Below are positions 57,043 to 64,000 of a DNA stretch of 64,000 nt, one piece after another; position 1 is the first letter of the stretch; every line of letters begins with the position of its first letter. The notes under the pieces were generated by a model. The model was not told the origin of the DNA and made no database searches. It was given only the letters and a program-made list of their open reading frames with translations. The DNA is taken from positions 1-64,000 of the IMG/VR virus record IMGVR_UViG_3300032829_000004. The stretch is one strand, 5' to 3'. The DNA comes from a virus. Made by a program: the position numbers and the translations under genes.

Positions 57043-57377
57043 CAGTCGTCCACCGCCCGGCGTGCCTCGTAGCTGGGCTCAGCCTTGCAGGGCGTGCAGC
57101 CGCAGTCCGGCCCGTGCTTGACGCGCACCTGCCCGTTGCGCGCGGACATGCGGATGTAACCGGTGGCCATGTCCTGAGCCCGGTTAAACTCCCGCCAGTC
57201 CGAAGCGCGCTGTCCGGTTTTCTCCGGCACGTGCGAGATGAAGTTCAGGTGGTCGGCAAGCTTGCCCCAGAACAGCCAGTCGTCGTCAAGGACCCGGTGC
57301 TCCGCACGGATCAGCTGCTCGGCGTATCGGATCTTCTCCGCAGGGCCGAGCATCTCGGGATCAGAAGCGCTGCTCAT
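57042..57377 (-). CDS. Hypothetical protein
   Basis: Likely start MSSASDP. Confidence 0.5.
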   Translation of the reverse strand: MSSASDPEMLGPAEKIRYAEQLIRAEHRVLDDDWLFWGKLADHLNFISHVPEKTGQRASDWREFNRAQDMATGYIRMSARNGQVRVKHGPDCGCTPCKAEPSYEARRAVDD

Positions 57378-57381
57378 CTGC

Positions 57382-57681
57382 TCAGTCCTCTCCTGCCGCC
57401 GTGGCGGCCCATACGTGGTGCACCGGGCAGCCCCCACGAAAGCCGCCCCGCTCGGGTAGTCCGGGCGGGCAGATGCACTCGCCTGCCGGCTGCTCGCCGG
57501 GGAACTGGTAGCCGTCCATCTCCGACTCGGGCAGCTCGCCCGCCTGTATGCGCAGCGCGGTCTCCGCTGCCGACATGAGAGGCAGCGCGTCCAGGTCGGA
57601 TCGCAGGACGTGCAGCGCCCGCTCTAGCAGCGTCTCGGCCCTGTGCCCCCAAAGACGGGCGCGGTCCTTGTTAAGCGCCAC
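57382..57681 (-). CDS. Hypothetical protein
   Basis: CICPP...CPVH. Confidence 0.5.
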   Translation of the reverse strand: MALNKDRARLWGHRAETLLERALHVLRSDLDALPLMSAAETALRIQAGELPESEMDGYQFPGEQPAGECICPPGLPERGGFRGGCPVHHVWAATAAGED

Positions 57682-58270
57682 GGGGAGCCTCTGTTCCTGG
57701 CGCCGTGGCGGCCGAGGTAGGGAGCAGCGTCAGGTCGGCGGGCAAGGTCGCCTGCGACTGCACCCGCCCCCCGTAGGCGACGTAGACGACTTCCTCGCCA
57801 GTGCCCGTGATGACCCCGTCCTCGGCCCAGGGAAGCCCTGCGCAGTACGTCACGCTGTCGCCGACGTGGTTGCGTGCCTCGTCAAGCGTCATCACTCGCA
57901 CTCCTCGTCGTCCGGTGTTCCCTCGGCCCATGACAGCTCGAAGTCGAGCAGCCCGAGCCTGGCCGCATCCTCGACGTCGTCCGCGCGCCCGCCCCCGTCG
58001 AGGAGGTTCAGCCACTCCTCGACCTCGGGCAGGGTTTCTGCCACCCAGTGCCGGTAAGGCGGGTGCTTCTCCTGCGCGGCGACGAGACCGACGTCCACGG
58101 AGACAGTCACGGCATCCGGGCCGATCGCGTCCGCGATCGCGCGGGCGGCAGCCGACCCGGTCAGGCTCGCCGCGACATGCCTGCGGACATGCTCCGGGGA
58201 GACCCGGACGACCGTCGTGTTGCGGGGCCACGCGGGCACGGTCTCCGCCAGGACCGGAACCGGGTCGCAC

Positions 58271-58600
58271 TTACCGGCCATTGCCGCCATCCTCGGGAAG
58301 CGCCCTGACGACGAGAGGCCCGAAGAAGCCGCCCTCGCTCCGCTCGACCGCGTACCCGGCTGCCTCGATCGCGTCGGCGTACCGGCCTTCAAGCTCCGCC
58401 GAGGCCCGCCTGTCGGCCTCGGTGGAGTTGTACTTGCCGTCCTCGTGATACACGGTCACCGTTCCGCCGCTGCCACGGGCAACGAAGCCGCAGGTACGGC
58501 TGTGCCATCCGGGGACTGCGGTCGCGTGCTTCACGGACCGCTCGAAGCCGGCCTTCTGCAGCAGCGCGGAAATACCCTGCGCTGTAGGCTGCCTGGACAT
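58271..58600 (-). CDS. Hypothetical protein
   Basis: RBS GAAGG, phage-like composition. Confidence 0.55.
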   Translation of the reverse strand: MSRQPTAQGISALLQKAGFERSVKHATAVPGWHSRTCGFVARGSGGTVTVYHEDGKYNSTEADRRASAELEGRYADAIEAAGYAVERSEGGFFGPLVVRALPEDGGNGR

Positions 58601-58601
58601 T

Positions 58602-58835
58602 TCAGCCTTCCTTTTCGATAGGGATCTCGGCCGGACCGCGGCATGCCGCCGCGCCTTCCGGGTCGGTGACCGGGTTCACGGCGGTCAGGTGCGTGTACCC
58701 GGTCGCCTCCAGGTCGTGTTCCATCCCCTGCGGGCAGGTTGCCAGGTGGAGCGAGCGGCCCTTCAGGTCGCCGCCGGGGATGACCCGGTACACGAAGCAG
58801 CGGAGGCCGCAGAACTTGCAGTAGGCGCCGGGCAC
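58602..58835 (-). CDS. Hypothetical Cys/His protein
   Basis: YCKFCGLRCF...HLATC. Confidence 0.55.
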   Translation of the reverse strand: MPGAYCKFCGLRCFVYRVIPGGDLKGRSLHLATCPQGMEHDLEATGYTHLTAVNPVTDPEGAAACRGPAEIPIEKEG

Positions 58836-58837
58836 GG

Positions 58838-59074
58838 TCAGTCCTCCTCTGCCAGCCGGACCTTCGCCGGGTCAAGCGTCGCGACCCGGCGGTTGCGCTT
58901 CTTCGCCGACGGTGCGCCGCTGAGGCGGGTCAGTTCACCGGCCACGAGCACCCGGCCGGGCAGGCTGCTCACCAGCACCTTGTCGACCCGGAGCCGGTAG
59001 GGAAGCGTCCTGGTTGCGTCCGCGCCGGCAGGGACGATGATCTCGACTCCCGGCCTGATGTCCTCGGGTGCCAT
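58838..59074 (-). CDS. Hypothetical SH3-like protein
   Basis: RBS GGAGG; DIRPG beta-rich pattern. Confidence 0.5.
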   Translation of the reverse strand: MAPEDIRPGVEIIVPAGADATRTLPYRLRVDKVLVSSLPGRVLVAGELTRLSGAPSAKKRNRRVATLDPAKVRLAEED

Positions 59075-59220
59075 GTCAGGCCTCCGCTTCCGTGATCTCG
59101 CGCAGCTTCTCCCCGTACTGGCGGACAGCCGCGCTCAGCTCCTCCTCCGTCGCGAACACGGAACGGTCTCCGAGCAGGAAGCCCAGGGCCGCACTGCTGA
59201 ACTCGTCCATCTGTGCCATG

Positions 59221-59442
59221 TCAGGCGCTCCTCTCCCATGCGATGCGGATCTTGCGGGCGAGCTCCGCGCGGCCCTGGCCGGCGAGGTCCAGGCACAGGC
59301 GGCGGGTGAGGGCTTCGGCGACCTCGGCGCACTTCGCGGCGAACGCGGGGCTGGAGGCGTCGGCGGCGGGGTTGACCCGGGCGACGAGCACGGCGGCCTG
59401 CTCGCGGATGTGGGCGACGACGCCTGCGGCGGTACCAGGCAT
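59221..59442 (-). CDS. Hypothetical protein
   Basis: Tandem small gene. Confidence 0.45.
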   Translation of the reverse strand: MPGTAAGVVAHIREQAAVLVARVNPAADASSPAFAAKCAEVAEALTRRLCLDLAGQGRAELARKIRIAWERSA

Positions 59443-59443
59443 G

Positions 59444-59815
59444 TCAGGCCGCCTTCGCGATCGAGCGGCGGGAAGCGATCGACAAGACCCGCGCGGCCAG
59501 CTGGTGGTAGCAGCGGCGGTCCTTCGCCCCGGCCGCGCACGTGCAGCTCGAGCCGTCGGTGGCGTACGTGTCCGTGCCCTTGCTGGACACGGCCAGGTAC
59601 AGGCCCGGTGCCTGGGAGACGATCCCGCCGTCCTTGATCAGCTCGTCCGCCTTGGCCTGCTGCGCGTCGGTGAAGCCCTCGCGGACCTCGGCGATGGCGG
59701 CCTGGCGGATCTTCGCGGCGCACTTCGGGCCGTAACCGGTGCTCGCGGTGAGCTTGCGCCCGCAGCGGAGGCAGCGCCGGGTTTCGCATGTGACATGCGG
59801 AAGTTCGTTGCGCAT
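59444..59815 (-). CDS. DUF6011-like plus SWIM zinc-finger protein
   Basis: CLRCGRKL...GYGPKC; CTC...CYH. Confidence 0.7.
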   Translation of the reverse strand: MRNELPHVTCETRRCLRCGRKLTASTGYGPKCAAKIRQAAIAEVREGFTDAQQAKADELIKDGGIVSQAPGLYLAVSSKGTDTYATDGSSCTCAAGAKDRRCYHQLAARVLSIASRRSIAKAA

Positions 59816-59875
59816 GTAACCGATGCTAGCGTGCACAGAAGACAAGCGCAACTCAGTTGCGCTACTATCCCTGGC

Positions 59876-60127
59876 ATGAACGAAAACGAGCACGTGGCCG
59901 CGATCGAAGCCGCCACGAGCCGGTACAGCGAGGCCCTCGCGGCACTCGAACAGGCCCGCAAAGAGGCTGCCGACACCGTTCTCGCCGCACTCAGAGACAA
60001 GGTTCCCCCGACCACCGTCACGGAGAAGTCGCCGTTCACCGCCACCTACGTGCGGCAGATGGCGCGCGAAGCGGGCATACCGGCAGCGACGACCCGGCGC
60101 AGGCCGCAGCGGCGTTCGGCGTCGTAG
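59876..60127 (+). CDS. Small divergent HTH-like regulator
   Basis: VPPTTVTEKSPFTATYVRQMAREAGI. Confidence 0.65.
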   Translation: MNENEHVAAIEAATSRYSEALAALEQARKEAADTVLAALRDKVPPTTVTEKSPFTATYVRQMAREAGIPAATTRRRPQRRSAS

Positions 60128-60132
60128 CCCGG

Positions 60133-60435
60133 TCATCCCGCTACCCTCTCCACGGCGGTACCCGAGTCCTCGACGCCCCACTTCCGCCGCCTGTACTCGG
60201 CCACCTTCGCCGCGTCCTCCTCGCCCAGCCGGTACGGTTCCCTGTCCAGCGGCCCGTCGCGGGGCAGCTCCTGCCGGCACGCGGGGCACCGCCAGTCCTC
60301 CAGGGCGCCGATCATCACGCCGCTGCCCGTCGTCCGGAGCGAGCGGCGGTTGATTCGCACCGTGGCAACGGCGATGTAGCGGATCGGATGGCCGCAGAAC
60401 GGGCATGAGACGCGAGTCTCCAGGGTGACGATCAC
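60133..60435 (-). CDS. Zinc-ribbon hypothetical protein
   Basis: CPFC...CPAC. Confidence 0.5.
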   Translation of the reverse strand: MIVTLETRVSCPFCGHPIRYIAVATVRINRRSLRTTGSGVMIGALEDWRCPACRQELPRDGPLDREPYRLGEEDAAKVAEYRRRKWGVEDSGTAVERVAG

Positions 60436-60852
60436 GCCGCGCCGCCGGACCCGCCGAGCACCAGCTGCCCCGAATGGTGGGCCATGAGGACTGCTGCTTC
60501 CCGGACGGTGCGGGGCTTGCGGGGGCGGGGCGCGGGCCTGCCCTTCAGGTTCCAGGCCCGCAGCCTCCGCTCCAGGTCCGGTTCCGTGCCTGGCTTGCGC
60601 TTGCCGGTCACGGCCTGCCCCCGGTGCCCGCCGTCTCCCTCGCGCACCGTCCCGGGTCGTGCGCGGGCATCATGCCTTCCAGGTCGGACGGGACGGGAAA
60701 ATACCCGTGCCAGCGTCCCGCGGCGGCATGCTCCCGGCAGCAGGCCAGGAACGCGGCCCCGTCCCGCTCGGCCATGACGCGGACGGTCCCCCACGTGCGG
60801 ACGAACGTCCCCGGCGCTACGCCGAGCATGGCCAACGGCATCCGCCCCGCCG

Positions 60853-61074
60853 TCACCGGTCCCCGCCTTCCCCCGCGAGCAGCGCGCGGACCTCGGGCTC
60901 GCGGAACCTTCGGTGCCCGCCGGGAGTCCGGACCGCCGTCAGCCTGCCTTCCTTCACCCACCGCATCACCGTCTTCGGGGCCACGCGGAACATCGCGGCG
61001 ACTTCAGCCGGGGTCATCAGCGGCTCCTCGGCGGCGAGGTCCGGAACGGGAGGCGGAGGGGTCTTACCGGGCAC
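60853..61074 (-). CDS. bldC: BldC-family MerR-like HTH regulator
   Basis: EPLMTPAEVAAMFRVAPKTVMRWVKEGRLTAVRTPGGHRRFREPEVRALL closely follows Streptomyces BldC as recalled. Confidence 0.75.
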   Translation of the reverse strand: MPGKTPPPPVPDLAAEEPLMTPAEVAAMFRVAPKTVMRWVKEGRLTAVRTPGGHRRFREPEVRALLAGEGGDR

Positions 61075-61888
61075 CTGCCGTCACCTCCTCCGGCTGGTCG
61101 CATACCTTGCAGCGGTGGGCGAAGTCCGCCGACTCGCGGCACCGGCCGATGCACGCCTCGCAGAACCGGCCGAACGGGCCTGCCTGCGGTACGGCGACCC
61201 GCTGTTTCCCGCAGGCCGCGCAGGCGGGCACGGGCGGGTGAAGCCGTTCCCAGCATCCGTCCGGGCACGGTTCGACCCGGCACAGCGGCTCGTGGCCGTA
61301 GCCGTCCAGGCCCCCGCCGCAGTTGCACCCGTCCGTGTCGACCAGGCCGTGCTCGCACCGGCCGCAGGTGACGGCGAGGGCGAGGACCGCCGCGGCGTTC
61401 ACCCGCGCGTCCTCCGCCCGGCCGGACGGCTTGCGGGCTTCCCCGTCCATCGCCTCCCGGCAGCGGGCGGCGACCGCCTCGAGCCGCGCCTCCTTCACGG
61501 CGAGATCTTCCCGCAGGCGCCCCGCCAGCAGCTCCAGCGCGTAGAGCTCCCCGCCGGACGGCTCCATCCCGGCAGGCGGGGCGGGCTCGTGCTCCGCCTC
61601 GAACTCTCCCGCCTTCCACCGCCGGATGCCCAGGAGGCCCGGCACCCGGGCCGCCCAGTCACCCGGGGGCAGGAGAATGTGCTGCCCGTCAGACGCCCTG
61701 CGGACCCAGATCATGCCCTCGCGTTCCTCGCCGTGCAGGGCGGGAAGCGCCTCTTCCGGCTGCGCCCCCCACTCCGCCAGCAGTGCCCGGACTCCGGGGG
61801 TCCCGTCCCACCGGACCGCCTCAGTATCGGCGTCGCGGCGCCGGAACCGGGCGGCGCAGCAGGGGGATGTTTCAGTTTCCGCTGTCAT
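61064..61888 (-). CDS. Multi-module Cys-rich hypothetical protein
   Basis: EAVRWDG...FEAEHEP module followed by several CxxC. Confidence 0.55.
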   Translation of the reverse strand: MTAETETSPCCAARFRRRDADTEAVRWDGTPGVRALLAEWGAQPEEALPALHGEEREGMIWVRRASDGQHILLPPGDWAARVPGLLGIRRWKAGEFEAEHEPAPPAGMEPSGGELYALELLAGRLREDLAVKEARLEAVAARCREAMDGEARKPSGRAEDARVNAAAVLALAVTCGRCEHGLVDTDGCNCGGGLDGYGHEPLCRVEPCPDGCWERLHPPVPACAACGKQRVAVPQAGPFGRFCEACIGRCRESADFAHRCKVCDQPEEVTAGAR

Positions 61889-62180
61889 CGCTGCCTCTCG
61901 TGTAAGGGATCTCGTACAGGTGCCAGACCAGGCCGTCCGGCGTCCGCGGGCAGGTGCCGGCCCATTTCGCACCCTCAGGCAGAGGGTGGCCGGTGCCGAA
62001 GACCTGGAAGGCGCGCGGCCGGGCCGGCTTCGCCTCGTCATGCTCGGCCCAGAACTCGACTCCCGTCCCGTCGCCGAGCGCGCCGGCGTGCACCGGGTCG
62101 CCGGCCAGGCCGACCGTGACCGGGCCGCCAAGGCCGACCTCGTACCGGAGCATGCGGCGCCGGGGCTCCCGGCCGGTCAC
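61872..62180 (-). CDS. Hypothetical protein
   Basis: VEFWAE...FQVFGTGHPLP...LVWHLYE. Confidence 0.65.
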   Translation of the reverse strand: MTGREPRRRMLRYEVGLGGPVTVGLAGDPVHAGALGDGTGVEFWAEHDEAKPARPRAFQVFGTGHPLPEGAKWAGTCPRTPDGLVWHLYEIPYTRGSDDSGN

Positions 62181-62557
62181 CGCCCGTCCTCCGTCCCGGC
62201 CGTCTCGAGCGGCCCGTCCGGTTCCATCGGAACGCCGGCGTCCGCGAGCACCCTGAGAGCGGCACGGCGAGCATCTGCGGCATTCTGGCCACCCCGGAGA
62301 AGCTCCCTGCGGACGCCCCGGACCAGGGCCTGGTAGCGCTCGAGCCCCGTGCTGACGGCGGCCAGTTCCGTGCGGACACGCTCGCGCGCCTTGGACGGGA
62401 GCGCATCGCCGAGGAATTCCGCGCGCTCCGGCGGCAGGCAGAACGACGTGACCTGCAAGCCGTAGTCCACCGTGATCCTGGCGGCATGCGGAGCGTGTCC
62501 CGGGATTTCGCAGATCGAGATGACGAGCTCGCCCAGTTTCGGCGTCGGGGCGGTCAT
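62177..62557 (-). CDS. Hypothetical protein
   Basis: Coupled overlaps. Confidence 0.55.
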   Translation of the reverse strand: MTAPTPKLGELVISICEIPGHAPHAARITVDYGLQVTSFCLPPERAEFLGDALPSKARERVRTELAAVSTGLERYQALVRGVRRELLRGGQNAADARRAALRVLADAGVPMEPDGPLETAGTEDGR

Positions 62558-63606
62558 AGCGACGCCTCGCAGTCGTCGTAGTCGCCGTCCTCGGCGGCCA
62601 TGTCACGGGCATGCTGCCTGGCTTCGCGGTCCTGCTCTGCGGCGACTCCAGCGGCATCGTCGCCGACATGCTCAGGGGACGGGCCGCCCATCCCGCCGGC
62701 GTGCGCCTGCAGGTCTGCGGCGCGCTGCCTGTCCTCGCGCCAGCGGCGGAACTCCGCCAGCTCCTCGTCGTCCCAGTCGCCCAGCAGGCCGCGCTCAGCC
62801 GGGGGCGGGGGGACGGTCACGGTCCACGGGCCGAACGTCACCGGCCGGCGCGCGACACCCCCGCCCACGATCCACTCGCGGTGCTCCTCCGCGTCGGCCT
62901 CGTCCTCGCTGGAATGCCAGCCCGCGCACTCGTCCGGGCTCTCCCCGCCCCAGAACACGACCCACTCGGTAAGGGACGGCACGGGCTGCGGTTCCGGCTG
63001 CCACATGTTGCCGTCCCGGTCACGATGGGTCTCGTGCGCGCGGATCACGCGGCAGCGCATGCCCCACGGGCTGACCTCATCGCACGGCGGTACCGTGGCC
63101 AGCGTGGCGTCCAGTTCACCGGGCCTCATCTCGTCGCTCGCAAGGTCCAGCTCGGGCGCGGGCTGCGGCTCCGGGTGGTGCGTGGTGTCGGTGCACTGCT
63201 CGTTGCAGACTGGCCACAGCGCTTCGACCATGGTGGCTGCGCATCCGGTGGCGTACGCGGCCTCAGGGTGGCCGCTGTCATCTTGCTGGCTGCTGATGCG
63301 CCGCAGGGTGATGACAAGCTGCGTGTTCAGCCTGAGCAGCTCGCGAAGCTGACTTAGCTCGTCGCCGGGCGCGGACTGCGGCTGCTGAGCAGCGTCCTCT
63401 GCCGCCTGGTGGAGCGCGGCCTCGGCGTAGTCGCGGCGCAGCGCGGCCTCTGGCGGCAGCGGCTTGGCCTGGTCGCCGAACGGGAGCGGGTCGGCGAGTC
63501 GTTCCAGTGCGCTGACCGTGCCCGCGAGTGCGCCCTGCCGCGCCGCTGCGGCCCGGAGCGCCTCGCGCACCTCGTACGCCGCCTGTCCCGGCGTCCCGGC
63601 GGTCAC
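62554..63606 (-). CDS. Mosaic hypothetical protein
   Basis: TPGQAAYE start; modules joined by PQPAP linkers. Confidence 0.55.
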   Translation of the reverse strand: MTAGTPGQAAYEVREALRAAAARQGALAGTVSALERLADPLPFGDQAKPLPPEAALRRDYAEAALHQAAEDAAQQPQSAPGDELSQLRELLRLNTQLVITLRRISSQQDDSGHPEAAYATGCAATMVEALWPVCNEQCTDTTHHPEPQPAPELDLASDEMRPGELDATLATVPPCDEVSPWGMRCRVIRAHETHRDRDGNMWQPEPQPVPSLTEWVVFWGGESPDECAGWHSSEDEADAEEHREWIVGGGVARRPVTFGPWTVTVPPPPAERGLLGDWDDEELAEFRRWREDRQRAADLQAHAGGMGGPSPEHVGDDAAGVAAEQDREARQHARDMAAEDGDYDDCEASL

Positions 63607-63992
63607 AGGTCGTCCTCGGTGTACGACCGGTACGGCTGCCCGTCGGGGTCGCAGACGCCGAGCGCTCCGGCGCGGTCGCGCCATTCCTGCTCGTCGGCGG
63701 TGTCGGGGAACGACTGGAGCATGTCGCGGACAAGGTCGTTGAGGCCGTCGATGTTGGCGAGCATGGCGTCTTCCAGGCTCGTCGTCGGCCGTCCCGCCCC
63801 GGCGGGCTCGCGCTGCGGCTGCTGCGCGACGACGGCGGCACGGAGTGCCGCAACAGCGATCTGCGTGGGACTCTCACGCAGGATCATGTGAGTGCCGATA
63901 GCTTCGGCCACCGCAGCGACTACCTCGGCCGAAGGCTCGTCCGCCTGTCCCGGCGCGGCGGCGGTCGGCGTTCCGGGGCTGGTCTCGCTCAC
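63603..63992 (-). CDS. Hypothetical protein
   Basis: GTGA overlap; AQQPQ linker. Confidence 0.5.
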   Translation of the reverse strand: MSETSPGTPTAAAPGQADEPSAEVVAAVAEAIGTHMILRESPTQIAVAALRAAVVAQQPQREPAGAGRPTTSLEDAMLANIDGLNDLVRDMLQSFPDTADEQEWRDRAGALGVCDPDGQPYRSYTEDDL

Positions 63993-64000
63993 AGGTCGCC

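Noticed and set aside
1-64000. CRISPR array, tRNA/rRNA, reverse transcriptase/DGR, DNA polymerase or helicase
   Set aside because: No regularly spaced repeats, RT motifs or replication motifs recognised by eye; tRNAs cannot be fully excluded without a scan.

Overview
High-GC actinobacterial siphovirus-type phage sequence, probably temperate. An intact candidate attP has phage genes on both sides, so this looks like the non-integrated form. The + strand from about 1.3 to 43 kb is the late region: terminase; a 1390-aa portal-MuF-ParB-2H phosphoesterase polyprotein; prohead protease/scaffold; major capsid; head-tail genes; tail tube; tail chaperone with a -1 frameshift; tape measure; minor tail proteins; a four-gene NDP-sugar/glycosyltransferase cassette; then lysis-region genes (GH25 lysin, SGNH hydrolase, papain-like peptidase). 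From about 43 to 64 kb is a mostly - strand early/accessory region: GH12-like hydrolase, large serine integrase, GIY-YIG-RHH, Phd antitoxin, Cro-like HTH, a Cre-like tyrosine recombinase with a loxP-like 34-bp site, EndoVII-like protein, BCS1-like AAA ATPase, HAD phosphatase, a BldC homologue and many small hypothetical genes. The most striking observation is an intein (36507-37208) whose homing-endonuclease slot holds an HNH endonuclease gene on the OPPOSITE strand, with both reading frames open. All calls come from motif reading by eye; no database searches were run.
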